From the NCBI RefSeq assembly GCF_009914755.1, contig NC_060925.1: 64,000 nt of DNA, one strand, 5' to 3'. Positions within the stretch are counted from its first letter, which is position 1; every line of letters starts with the position of its first letter. The notes below the pieces were generated by a model, which saw only the letters and a program-made list of their open reading frames with translations, was not told where the DNA came from and made no database searches. Shown here piece after piece: positions 27,300 through 41,480 of this stretch. The DNA is from the human T2T-CHM13v2.0 reference genome, Homo sapiens. Made by a program: the position numbers and the translations under genes.

Positions 27300-27842
27300 G
27301 TCAGTGCTCCAGGCCCATCCTTCTCTTCTATAAGTGATTTTCTCCATAGCTATGGATAGCTTCAGTAACAAGCCACATGTAAAGCCTAGTTTGGTCTCTT
27401 GAACTCCAGACCCATACTTCCAAATGCCTCCTGACTCTCCTCAGTTCCTTGAAAATGCCTTGCTCTCTCCCAGCACTGGCCTTTTAGGCAAGCTGCTCCT
27501 TAGCCTGAAATATTCTTTTCCCATTTAATCTACCAGCATCTTCTCATCCTTACACCTCGATCTCAACACAGATTTCTTTGAAAACTTTCCCCAGACCACT
27601 ATTTCATCTGCCAGACTAGGCTCATCTTCAATCATGCTCTCTCATAACATTGTGCCATTCTCCTTTATAGCCTAGCACAACTGTAATTAAGTTCGCATAT
27701 GTATTTTTAAATCTAATATCGGTTTCCACTACTGTAAAATCATTTACATCTGAACTAGGTCTATTTTGCTCACAATTTTATCCCTAGAGCTTAGTGTGCT
27801 TCTTGATAATTAGTAGGGTGTTTAATGTCTGTGAAAGAACGA
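27300..27842 (+). mobile_element. L2 3' fragment
   Basis: Pyrimidine-rich L2-like body (tgaactccagacccatacttccaaatgcctcct) and a degenerate 3' terminus. Confidence 0.6.
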
Positions 27843-29108
27843 TGTCAATGCTATTAAGGGTTTCTGCAGGCTATCATTTAAATTTTGAAATGATAAAGAC
27901 CAATATATCCACAGCTGTCAGAAGTTTCTGTAGGGAGATGTTATTTAGCAAAAACAGAATTGGCTCTACTGATACGGTGATTATTTTAAACCACTTATTA
28001 TGATGGTGTTTCACCAATTTTATAGCCATCTTACCAATTCTCTGACCCTGTATGTTAGCCTACTTCCTTTTTTTAGAATTGCCACATAAAATTACAAAAC
28101 AATGTAAAAGATAAATTGCCCCATACTGCATTTTTATTCCTAAATATTTTATCTAAAAGTCTTATTTCTTTGGTAATATGTCTGACATTCATATCCATCC
28201 TAATTTCAAAAAGAAGTTGAGCAGATGATTATAACATATTGTTACCAGTATGGATACAGTTTATCCTATTTACTATCTCACAATGTTTAGATAGACGTCT
28301 GTTACTTAAATTACAATTCAATTGCTAATGATTAAGATTCTGTGAAAAGGATTTTTTTCTATGACCCATTAAAAAAAATCCCATATCCAATCAAGGATTG
28401 TGAAAGATTAAAAATAATTGTCTTTCTGGATAATTATTTATTGTTTTGATTGCTTTTGCAGAGAAAATTTTAATTCCAAATTTAAAACTCAGAAAAAGAC
28501 ATCTCAATGAAGGATACCGCTAAACATTAAATATTGCTCAGAAAAAGGCCAAGTGAACTTAATTTCAAATTGTAAGTATATAAAGCAACTGGTTACCGTT
28601 TTACTGTAAAAAATATTGCTTTTTGCTTTATTTTCTAAAGACAACTTAGACAAGCATGGTGCATAATAAATAATATGACATAGGCAATACATAAATTAAT
28701 AAAAACAGATGAACCATCAATGACAAAAGGATCAATTGCTGTGATCTCAATGTTGGTGTCCCCATGAAATTCATATATTGGAACATAATACCGAATGTGA
28801 CAGTATTCAGTGGAGCCCCAGGGAAATGATTAAGTCACTCACAGAAGTACTACTAATACATAACCAAATGCAGAAAGTGGCTATATGATAGCTGTTAAAT
28901 TAAATCAAACTTTAAAAATAAAGTATCAGTAATTTGAAAAGTCACATTTCAATTTTATTTATAAGAATTGGTTAAAAGAAAAGAACCTTGTGTGTTTTAT
29001 ATAAAATATTGATGTCTGAATTCTTAGTAGTGATTGAAAAACAATAATTATTAAATAATACATTTTTCTCTGCATTTTATGTATTACACTATATATATTC
29101 AAAGTCTA

Positions 29109-29420
<312 letters not shown>

Positions 29421-30340
29421 CAAAGTCTATTTTTTATACCATTATCTGTTTAAGTTTCTAATTTTCTATTGCCTTATTTGTGGATATTTTTCTTAATAAA
29501 GTTGATATTGATAAGAAACACAGGATTGTCTAAACTCTCTTTCTAAAGTAAATGCTTAAATCATTTTTGTAGATATTGTATATGCATAGTTGATGCCACT
29601 ATCAATTAAAGAGTAAAAATAATGTGTCATTCATTTTAATGGCGCTCAAAAATTTAAAATTGTCTTTACTAACCTGAACTTAAAATTTAGAATAAATATT
29701 TTATAATAAATGGCTGTTTTTCAAAACAATATATAATTTATAATGGAGATAAAGTTAGTAATTTATAAAATGTTTAATATGTCAATACAAAACCCATTCT
29801 CACAATTGAATTTGATTATGTAAAGCAATATATTTTGCAGTGTATATCTAAAATTACACATATTCCAAATGCTGTGGAAATATTTTTCTATTTTTGTAAA
29901 TACCTCTTAAACTGTTAATGGATTGACTTGTACTATGTTCAAATCCTTTAATGTTTTAACAACTACAATGCATTAGTTGACTTCCTTGAATTACTTCTAA
30001 AGGCCACCTATAAAATACAAAAGGTATACATGATTATTGGATTTGAAACAAGTGACCTGATTTTTGAAAACTAGAATGGTCTTAATTAAATAAATGACCT
30101 TCTCTTCTATGGCTACAACTGAGGATTTTCCATTAACAGTAGTTGGAATTGTGACAATTTATTCACATTAAGTGTGTTGTGTTCCAAAGTTTAAAATTAC
30201 TAAATCATGATGAAACAGGAGAAGACTTGTATAACTGGCTGATGACTTTTAAAACCTGTAACTTATCAGTGTTTAACTGCAGGAGAATACTCTAAATCTT
30301 TACTGCTTTGTGAATCATAGAAATATTAAAACAGAAAACA

Positions 30341-30420
30341 GGCTTGGAGCAGTGGCTCCCACCTATAATCCCAGCACTTTGGGAGTCCAAGGCAGAAAGA
30401 TGGCTTGGTGCCAGAAGTTG
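30341..30420 (+). mobile_element. Alu/FLAM 5' fragment
   Basis: ggcttggagcagtggctcccacctataatcccagcactttggga. Confidence 0.75.
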
Positions 30421-31539
30421 AATATTGAATGTTGAATGCCTTGAGCTATCTCTAATATGTGATTTCAACTACTTTATTTTCAAGCAAATGCTGAATATCC
30501 TTTCTACAAATGGTGCAGAATCTTCTTGACAGTATTAAAATGGAAATTCTATAAGGACATCATCATAACATAAACAATACTGTCAATATTCTGAGGTGAA
30601 TTAACCTCTTATCATATCTGTGACCCCCTCCAGACTGAGCGCTATTTCATATTCTTTTCCGTATTTGTCCCAAAACCTAACTTAATGGGGCCCTGAGACA
30701 TAGCAAACATTCATATATTAGCTGAATGAATGAATGGCCATTAAAGACATATCATACAAACCACTTGAATTAGATTTTTGTTTTTTGCTCAGGATGTCAA
30801 ACAAGTAAGTGTGCATCATATATACAAAAGACATCCCTACACATAAGCAATATTCTCATTTAGCAACTCAAATTTATTTCATGGCCTCACAGAAGTAGTG
30901 TTATCCATGTGCTAAATTCTCTGCACTGCTGTGTCTAACCCTATTCCCATATGTCCTACTCAGAAAAGGATATCAGAGTGCAAATGAGAGAGAAGCAATT
31001 ATCTAAGGATGGCGTAAAGATAATACAAAGACATATCTATTCATTACATATATTATAATATATATTATTAATCACATATTTGTAATATATGATGCATTAC
31101 ATAATATACAATTTTAGCATACAATATACAATATTTTATAATACATATATTACAAAAGCAATGCATATCTGTTACATATACACTATATACATTACATGTA
31201 CATTATGCCAGTGTATGTGTATGTGTTTTTACCTACACAAAAGGTGGCACAATATAAATTTAGATGACCTACTTATCCAAAGTTGATTCACAGAAAATCT
31301 ATGGTATGGAATACACATTTCCTACACCTAATAGGCCCATCAATATTATGTCTTTAACAACACCCATTTGAGCATCTATCATATGCTTCATTCATTTTCA
31401 TGTGCCAGTCAACTATGACCTAAGATGGAGTTTGAAATTCTTACAGTGAGGAACAAGGTAGAAAGTGTTTATACTCCTACATTTGGAACACAATTCCCCC
31501 ATCATTACAAGGATGTGGCTCTCTACATCCAGAAAACAG

Positions 31540-31925
31540 CTATCTTGATGCAGATTCTCCCAGAAGGTAAGCTTGAGATAGGATTGCAGCAAAAGCAGTT
31601 CATTTGGGAATTGATCACAGATAAAATACCAGTAGGGGAGAAGAGAGACAGAAGCCAATAAAGCTTTCAGTATTAAGCCAGTTATCACTGCGGGCAAGTG
31701 GAGCTCAGTCCCTTTGGACACAGTGTAGAACATGCTTCAGAATTCTCCAAGCTAAGGAGCAAGGAAGCAAAAGTATTGATTCAGAAACAGCCTATTTACT
31801 CAGTGACACTCCAGCTTGTTCTCCAAGCAGGACTTGGATGCACCTGAGGTTGGTGGTGGGGAGAAAACCTCATGCAGGAGGTGTTCAAAGAAAGTTGCTT
31901 TGAGAATATGGGCAGAGCACTAAAT
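31540..31925. mobile_element. Ancient ERVL-type LTR (LTR33/LTR16-like)
   Basis: gattctcccagaagg...gagataggatt...ttcatttgggaattgatc...ggcaagtggagctcagtccc resembles this LTR group. Confidence 0.45.
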
Positions 31926-32169
31926 GTATCTGTTGTTGGAAATGATCTACCTACTCCTACATGAAAGAGGGCTTCCTCCTCAACTCTATAAGAATTGAGT
32001 CCAAGAAGATAACTGAGTAGAATGAGATTGCTATCCAGGCGTAATTGCAAAGAGGAATTTGTCACCATATTATAGACAAGGAAGATGACTTTACCTACCA
32101 CATATTAGCTTAGGAGTCTGAAAAGGGAGAAAAAAAGGATTGCAAAGGGCAAATCAGAAGTGAAGAAGG

Positions 32170-32660
32170 GAACTAATATTTAATGAGCACCTAAACTATG
32201 CTAGGTGCTGTAAATTATTCTTATAAGTTCAAATAAATTAAGTGAAAAGAACTTAAGAATTTCTTGAGGGATTTGAATAATAATAAACTGAACTGAAGAG
32301 TTATCTTTACACTGATAAGATATAATATCCAAGACACGTATTTAATTTACCAAAATTTCAGTTTCCTTGTGCCTAACATAATTGCCTGCTATTCAGAGTT
32401 TGTCTGAGGATTAACTAAGAAAGAACATACCGCACAGTTAAAAGAACTTGGGAGTACTTATTTCCAACTAAATGTTAGTTCTGCGCCTCTCCATCCTTCC
32501 TCTTGTCACAGTTTTATAAGGTAGACAGTATAATTCCCATTATAAAAAATAATATTGCTGAATCTCATAATGGCTGAATGACTTTCCCAAGGCCACTCAG
32601 CTAGTGAAGGAAACAGCCAAGGACTGAATCTGGGTTTCTCTGATTCCAAGTATCTTGCCT
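32170..32660. mobile_element. MIR fragments
   Basis: tttaatgagcacctaaactatgctagg; gactttcccaaggccactcagctag...tctgattccaag. Confidence 0.6.
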
Positions 32661-34552
32661 TCAAAGATTAACAACAAATGGAACCAAAACCAAAGAATAG
32701 TTTTCCATGAAGCCACAAAAGTAGCCAAATCCTTAAAAATGGTTGAATGATTGTTTTAAATATTTAATAACTTATTTTAGTAGTAAATGTGGCCTGCTTT
32801 TTAAGTTAAAGTTGGGCTAGCATAACCTTTTAATAGAACATAAAATTTTAACCATTCTGCAAAACTTTTTTAATATGGCACTGATCCATTTAGGCAGTGT
32901 TCAACTAACCAAAATTCTTAATTACTAAAATATTTCTGCAGCATCCTTAGAAAAATGAGGGCAACCACATGAAAATTAACATATTGGATATGATATTTAA
33001 AACAAACAAACAACAATACCATCACTATAACCAAAGTATGTGCTTTATGTGTTTAATCTATCTCACACTTTCTACAAAGAGGATTTCTATTCTATATAAT
33101 GATCCTGAGGTCCTGAACTAAATATACATTCAGTCACTAGGAACACCATGCTACACTTACTAAGCCATTTAACCAGGCTAATGCAGTTTATCTAAATGTC
33201 AATTTGTATTACAAATTCACTTAAAAATTATTTTCTTTATCTTCAGTTTACCCAAACACTTTACAAGAATACTGAGAAATTGGTATTACTTCTTTAAATT
33301 TTTAGCCAATATGTGTGGTTTTGCCTAAAAAAGAGATTGAACCAAAATATCCTCTACAAAACATCCATCTCCTTTCAAATTACTAATATGAGACCAAACA
33401 AGATGCCCATAATTGATGCTCAAGATAAAATCCTCAGTGTGTAGAGACAGGAGTTGGTATTGGGAGCTGAAAAGGTGAAGAAAAGAAATAGAGTGTATTG
33501 GTCAGTGGTGAATGAGGAGGGGATTTTGGATTGGACCAATAATGGATCTTTTATATAACTAAAATAGCACATGAATACTAAACTAAACTTCAATGAAACA
33601 TTTCAATTGAGTTGAGAACCTAGTTAGTATACATGTATTATTTTAAAACAAAGAAATGTGGCATGTGATATATGGGATGACTATTCCAGAAAATACTAAA
33701 TTCGCTGAAATACAAAATGTGCTTGAGACAGAAATAGACAGAGGAATTTCAGAAGTTTGTGCAAAGCAGTAATGCTATAAATAAAACACATGAACAATAT
33801 TTTGCTAACAATAAATATTCTAGTTTTGAAACTTAATTTTAATTTTGAGACATATATTCTGTTTCAGTTAAAAAAATATACTAGTTATGAAAAGGTTGTA
33901 TCATGTTATACAAACATCATTATTCATAATGGTCAGAGTCACCTGTTCAAAGTGAGTATATTGTATTAAAAAGGTTGTCATTTTCACTAACTACCTGTTA
34001 CATATTTAAACCAATTGTCTACTTAAAACTCCAAAATGTTTAAACAGCATAAAATTTCCAGTGCCAAGTAGATACCTACTCAAGACAACACAGACAAGGA
34101 GGAGGTAAATAGACTCAGGAGATTTTAAGTTTCTAATGTGCTTTTTCAAACAACTTGCATGCAATTTTGAGTTTGATTAACCACACCTAAGGAAAAAATG
34201 CAAATTTTCTGGAAATGATATTGCATACCATTTGGGTGTATTGTACCTCTGATACCAGCCTTATACACATCCTAGAAAAGCACAGATAGACAAAAGAATA
34301 AGCACCAAATGAATGCAATAAATACCTTGCAAGAATAAGAAAAGTGTAAAGAAAAAGAGTTCCTTATCTATAGCAACAGTTATATAGAGTCAAAATGGAG
34401 AGACAAATCAGAGTCTCTTTTACTCCCTCCCCCAGCCTAGTCTCCCTCTCTGGCTCCGTTTTCCTTTTCTCCCTCCTTTCCCCACTTCGGCCCTCCCATT
34501 TCCGTCTCTTTTTCAGCAATATTTACAGAACAATCCTCCACCACACCACTCA

Positions 34553-34780
<228 letters not shown>

Positions 34781-35476
34781 GGACAGGGAGGGGGAGGGGG
34801 TCCGCTTGGAGCCGGAAGCTAAGGCTTGAAAGGGGGCTGGCTCCTCTTTCCCGAGGGTGTAATGGGGATGATGCAAACCCAACCCAGGAGCAAAAGTCTG
34901 GCTCTGACAAGAATCAACGCTGCCAAGGAACCGCCCCCAGGCTCGGCACCGCCTCTGGTCCCCAGGACTAGGGGGAGGCGGGTATAAAAAGTTACTTCGC
35001 CGAAAAAGACGCGCGGTGCCTAGAAAGAGGGGAGAGGGGTGGGAGTGAGCGCCGCTTGATGGTGAAGCACTTTCCTTAAAGGCAGTTGCCAGATCCTCCC
35101 AGAGGGCAGCCTCCCGGCTACTGTTCCCTCGGGCGGGCTTGCATCCGGCACAGCCCTGAGCTGGCGGGAATCGGGGGCGGTGGGTTTCGGCCCCAGACGC
35201 GGCCAACCCGGCTCTCCCCGCAATCTCCCTGTGGAGATGGAGCTGGAGGCCCAGCCAATGAGACTCCCCCTCATTAGCATAGCACAGTGACGGCACGGGG
35301 GTGCCTTGGGGACAACCAATGGGGGCGAGCTAATTAGCGGATTGCGGGGCTCCAGACCCTTCTCTGGGAGGAGGGGGGCCAGGGTGCTTGGAGTGTTCCA
35401 CTATGCCACGAGCTCCCTCGCTTTGATTGCCTTCAGTCCAGGTGGGCGGGATGAAAAAATTGCACGTTTCTGGAAA

Positions 35477-35509
35477 GGGAATCCCCACTCTCAGCCCCAG
35501 GAAAATCCC
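35477..35509. promoter_or_regulatory. Two NF-kB consensus sites
   Basis: GGGAATCCCC (35477-35486, +) and GGGATTTTCC (35500-35509, -) both fit GGGRNNYYCC. Confidence 0.65.
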
Positions 35510-37420
35510 ATTTTTTTCTCACATTCTGAAAGAAGGGAGGTGTTTCCCTGAACTCGGGGAAAAAGAAGGGCCACCTTAGGCCGCTGAAGAGAAGCATTTA
35601 GATGACAGGGAAAGCACATGGAAACGCACTGAGGATTTTACAGTGGTGAGTTGCTGTTACTGCTGTCGCTGCTACTAGCAGCGTTGTGGGCTTCCAGGTG
35701 GCCTGGCCTCAGCCTTCGGTCCCCTCCTATTAGTGGTTCACACGGAGGAAGAAGTGAGCCCGAGAGAACAGGGTCTGTTTTTCAGTAAGAACCACTGCTT
35801 ACATGAACCCTGCTACACAAGCTATGGTTCTATTTGCGCTTACCGTTCTTTCCTTCAAAAACTGATTGCATCAGAGTATATACAGACCGAATACCAACCA
35901 CCTGACAGCCTGGGCCGGAGGATACCCATATGGCTTCTCCTGCCCTTACTTAAGAACCGCTCTGTGTGGAGGAACAAGCTTGTTCCTTGATAAATGGATA
36001 CGATGTGAGAGACAATAATCAAAGAACATACAGAGGGATTTGGAAATACCTGTGAGGTACACATACTTCTTCGAGGTGGGGGTCAAGGAAGACATTGAAA
36101 ATGAACCAAGCCTTCTATATTCGTTCGCAGCCTACTTTAGGGAAAAGAGCAAAGGTGAAGCAAGCAGAGAGAATAGTATGAGTAGAGGCATAGGGATTTT
36201 TTAGAATATTTGGCTTATCCAGAAAATAGTGATTAATTTGGCATGATTAATGCTCAGTAGAGGTCATGTAGCAGAGGGTTTATTTAAGAAGCTAGAAATG
36301 AAGGAAGAAATTACCAAAACTTGTAACATCAAATGAAATACAATGACTACTGAAACCTGAAGAATAGCAGTTGAAATAAAAGTCATACTGTTTGTCTCTG
36401 TCTTCAAAATCCTACTCATCCTTCCAGACCCATCTCAAATTACATATCCTCCATTAGATTTCTTGGTTTTTCCAGCTTCTTATGATGTCTTCTTCCTTTG
36501 AACCCCTTTGTTTGAACCCTTCATAACCCATGTGAGTATTTTGCCTGGAATGCTTACTATAACCTGACCCGCTATACGATTATCTGTGCGTTTTTCTTTC
36601 AACTCTTCCCCTCTCCCTGTGGCTTAGCTGCCTCTAGCACGGGACCTTCAAAATAGCCACATTTCAACAAATAGGTGTGGAGTTGCATTAAAAGCTATTA
36701 AATCTAGGAAATTAAGCATGTTTTTTTCCATCCATGCTTGCACTCCTGTGGTATGTGTTTGTTTATGAAATCATAATTTAGCACGAACTTTTGTAATTAC
36801 TTTGCTAAATAAGAAAGTAATATTGCTACATTATTAGTTTATACAGATAGAGATAGAGAGAGAGATCTGGTTTATATTTTAGACCTTATCATCTCCTATT
36901 AAAATGATTCTATTAATTTTATTTGTAATGTTCCAAGTTAATATTTATAGTTACAGTCTAACTGTATTATTTGGATGACAGAAAATCTGAAATATTTACA
37001 TATCATTAACAGACTAAAAATCAAGACACTGAAAAAAGAAAAAAAATAGCAATCGATTGTTAGTCCTGGGATGCTGGAGGTTAGAGGGTAAAGTAACATT
37101 TTACTTAAAAGAAAGCTATGTGCCTCTATTTTACCTTTTGTGAAAATCTTAGTCATTTGGCTTCCAAATACTCAGATAAAAGTTTAGGAGAGAACAAATA
37201 GTACATTAAAAATAAATAAATAAGAAAAAACCTACTCAGCTAATACTGTGTGCCATTATGGATACAAACTATACAAAGTAATGTGCTCAGGGCAACCAAT
37301 TGGAAACTACCACATTGATGATATTTTGATTCTCTGGTGTGTCTTGAAATTGTCCAAGTGAATTTTTTTTACTATAAACTTAAGAAAATTAGAAGAATAA
37401 TGTATTATAGGAAATGCTAT

Positions 37421-39204
37421 TGATATGGTTTGGCTCTGTGTTCCCACCCAAATCTCATCTTGAATTGTACTCCTATAATTCCCATGGGTTGCAGGAGGGA
37501 CCCGGTGGGAGACAATTTGAATCAAGGCAGTAATATACGCCGTACTGTTCTCATGATAGTGAATAAGTCTCGTGGGATCTGATAGTTTTATCAAGGGTTG
37601 CCGCTTTTGCATGCTCCTCATTTTCTCTTGCCACCGCCATGTAAGAAGGACCTTTAGCCTCTCATCATGATTCTGAGGCCTCCTCAGCCATGTGGAACAA
37701 CTGTAAGTCCAGTTAAACCTCTTTTTCTTCCCAGTCTCGGGCATGTCTTTATCAGCAGCGTGAAAATAGACAAATACAGTAAATTGGTACCAGTAGAGTG
37801 GGCATTGCTGAAAAGATACCCAAAAATATGGAAGCGACTTTGGAACTGGGTATCAGTCAGAGATTGGAACACTTTGGAGAGCTCAGAAAAAGAGAGGAAA
37901 ATGTGGAAAAGTTTGGAATCTCCTAGAGACTTGTTAAATGGCTTTGACAGAATTGCTGATAATGACATGAACAATCAAGTCCAAGCTGAGGTGGTCTCAG
38001 ATGGAGATGAGGAACTTGTTGGGAACTGGAGTAAAGGTGACTCTTGTTATGTTTTAGCAAAAAGACTGGCGGCATTTTGCCCTGCCCTAGAGATTTGTGG
38101 AACTATGAACTTGAGAGAGATGATTTTAGGGTATCTGGCAGAAGAAATTTCTAAGTAGCAAAGCATTTGAAAGGTGACTTGGGTGCTGTTAAAGGCATTC
38201 AATTTTAAAAAGGAAACAGAGTATAAAAGTTCAGAAAATTTGCAGCCTGACAATGCAGTAGAAAAGAAAAACCCGTTTTTTGAGGAAAAGTTCAAGCTGG
38301 CTGCAGGAATTTGCATAAGTAACAAGGAGTCAAATGTTAATCCCCAAGACAAAGGGAAAAATGTCTCCAGGACATGTCATAGGTCTCCATGGCAGCCCCG
38401 CCCATCACAGACCTGGAAACCTGGGAGGGAAAAATGGTTTCATAGGCCAGGCCTAGGGTCCCCATTCTGTATGCAGCCTAGGGACTTGGTGCCCTGCATC
38501 CCAGCTGCTCCAGCCATTGCCAAAAGGGGCCAACGTACAGCTCAGCTGATTGTTTCAGAGGGTGCAAACCCCAAACCTTGGCAGCTTTCTTCCATTTAGA
38601 AACGGGTGTATTTACCCAATACATGTACCCCATTGTATCTAGGAAGTAACTAGCTTGCTTTTGATTTTACAGGCTCATAGGTGGAAGGGACTTGCTTTGT
38701 CTCAGATGAGACCTTGGACTGTGGGCTTTTGGGTTAATGCTGAAATGAGTTAAGACTTCGGGGGACTGTTGGGAAAGCATGATTGGTTTTGAAATGTGAG
38801 GACATAAGATTTGGAGGGGCCAGGGGTGGAATGATATGGTTTGGCTCTGTGTCCCCACCCAAATCTCATCTTGAATTGTACTCCTATAATTCCCATGTGT
38901 TGTGAGAGGGACTTAGTAAGAGATAATTTAAATCCTGGGGGCAGTTTCCCCCATACTGTTCTCATGGTAGCAAATAAGTCTCATGAGATCTGATGGTTTT
39001 ATCAGGGGTTTCCCCTTTTGCATCCTCCTCATTTTCTCTTGCCACTGTCATGTAAGTGCCATGTAAGTGCCATGTAAGTGTCTTTCACCTCCCTCCATGA
39101 TTCTGAGGTCTCCCCAGCCATGTGGAATGTAAGCCCAGTTAAACCTCTTTTTCTTCCCAGTCTCAGGTATGTCTTTATCAACAGCATGAAAACAGACTAA
39201 TACA
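37421..39204 (+). mobile_element. THE1 (THE1A-like) MaLR element: LTR 37421-37778, internal 37779-38831, LTR 38832-39204
   Basis: Two TG...CA LTRs, polypurine tract before the 3' LTR, perfect 5-bp TSD GCTAT (37416-37420 and 39205-39209). ORFs 37667-38158 and 38174-38599 are decayed THE1-internal ORF. Confidence 0.95.
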
Positions 39205-40399
39205 GCTATTCTGGCATTTTTTAAAATATAGCAATATTTGGGCATTGAAACACATTTATAATTGGAAGATCATTTTGCTCCTTGTATTTTTTTTTCAGTC
39301 TTCTGTAGGTGTACTTTTTCTTTTTTGTCGTTAATTTTGACTTCTGTTTCTCCCATCTGTCTTTCTACTCTTTCATTCGTTTTTTTCTTGTCATGTCATG
39401 TCATTTCCTGCTGTTAAAATGTATTTTCCTCTTTCACTCTTTTTACCTTTGTTTCCCTTTTTCACTGTGCTCTTTTAATTGCCTACCTCATAGAGCCTTT
39501 CCTTTCTCTATGTTTTATTCTACTATGACTTGAGATTTGCTTTTTGGAAACAATTTTAAACTTAGTTCTGAACATTGCAATTTTGTATCTTACTCACTGA
39601 TGTTCTTAAATCTTCTAATCAACATCTAGTGTAAGTTAGAGCAACAGAGGAGATTGCCCCACACTAAGAAAAAAGAACTTTGTAAAATGTCCTGAATGAT
39701 TATGCCAATGGGGTAGAGTAAGTATTTAAAAAATGAAGATTAAGGAGAATGGCTTCCTGGTTTTAGAAATTTTATTCTTTTTATTTTCTAGAAAACATAT
39801 GTGATACCTTCTCATTTCTCCTTCTTTTTTAATAAAAACATTCGTGTTTTAAAAATCTCTGGTTTCCAATACACTGATTGATTATACTGATGTTTTAACA
39901 CAAAAAGAAAAGATTCATTCCCAAGGGTGAAGAATAATTTAATTAACAATTTTAACACCTTATTGATAATTAAGTTGTGATGAACTCATAAATGTGTAAT
40001 GAACACAGTTGCATTCATAGAATATGATGGGGATTTTTACCCAAAACTCAAAATATGTGTCTATCACATATGTCATTTTTATGATAAAATTCCTAAAGTT
40101 GTCAATGATTATGTCTACATAGCCCTGTAACTACTATTTGAAAATAAAATTTAAAAAGATAAGAAACTTACTATATATTAGGCTACCCACTTATAGATAC
40201 TTCATCTTTGTAGGCAGAAGATGCGATAATCCACATACCTTCAAACAGCATCATTAAGCTACATAATATCTCTATGAAGGTGGTTGTATGTTCTACTATG
40301 GGTTTCTTTTTGTTGGTTTATTTGTTGTGTTTTTGTTTTTGTTTTATGCCAAGTCTCTTTTATACCAATCTACTATTTTTTATCAATAAAAATGTATTA

Positions 40400-41480
40400 A
40401 GTGGTTACTATGAATTGAACTTTTTGTAGTCTAATGAGTGAGGGTAAGTAAGTGCTGAGAGACAGAGAATCCAGCAGATAAACTAGAATATAATAAGCCT
40501 CAATAGTGATTAGTACAGGCCGCTGTGCTGCTAATGAGCACATAATGACACATGATTCCAGTTTTGGAAAATCAGGGAAGGCTGTCTGTAGAGGCTGATA
40601 TCTATACTGAAGAATAAAAAATTGGGTGAGTAAGGTGGAGGCAAAAGTAGCAGCAAGTAAAGTATACAGGCACAAATGACAGCAATGAGAAAGCATGGGT
40701 GGATCCAGCAAATGCAAAAGCTTCATAGACTTTGAGCAGGGGCATGAGTTTGGGTGAGAAGGAGTCAAAGAAGGAGGGTGAAAAAAAGGCAAGATTGGCA
40801 CCTTCATTTATTAACAACCATATCAGAAGAGCCTTGTGTACTATGCCAACAAGGTTGGGTTTTATTTTGAGGACAATGATGAATCTTTTAAGGATTTTAA
40901 GCAGGTAAGTGGCAAAGCCCAATTCATGCTTTGGAAAGATCACTGTGGTAGCAGTGTAGGTAAGTGATTGGTGGGACAAGAATGTAAGAAAGGAGACCAT
41001 TTATGAGCTATACAGTATTTTAGTAGAGATATGTCAATTGTCTGAAATGAGGCAGTGGTGACAATGCACATGAAATCAAACAACAGATTTATAAGAAATT
41101 AAAATGACAGAATTGATGGGATAGTAATGGAGAGATTGTAAAACTTAATGGAGAGTGAAGAATCAATGATAATTCCTAGGCTTCTGGGATTAGTAAGTAG
41201 GTGGAGGGTATTACTGTTGGATGAGAGGGAAATACAGAAGTAGGTTTGAGTGAGAAAATGATTTTGCTTTGAACCATTTGCAAAAGGTCAAATGGAGAAT
41301 TCCCGAGGGTTTGAATATATGGGTCTGAATATCAAGAGCAAATATTTTTCCAGAGATACAAAACTGGGAACGCTCAACATGTAGGTGGCTGTTGAAATTG
41401 AGGAAGGATAAATGCACCTGGTTCTTACACTATGAAAGAAGAGGTGGGTAGAGACTGAGCCCAAAGACCACTAGGGAGAA
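40400..41480 (-). mobile_element. L2 fragment
   Basis: ggattttaagcagg...ttggaaagatcactgtggtagcagtgt...aatgataattcctaggcttctgg antisense L2 blocks. Confidence 0.7.

Noticed and set aside
37510-37524. DUX4 site in the THE1 LTRs
   Set aside because: Both copies (caatttgaatca and taatttaaatcc) deviate from TAAYYBAATCA.
37667-38599. 163-aa and 141-aa ORFs
   Set aside because: Decayed THE1 internal ORF broken by a stop; not a host gene.
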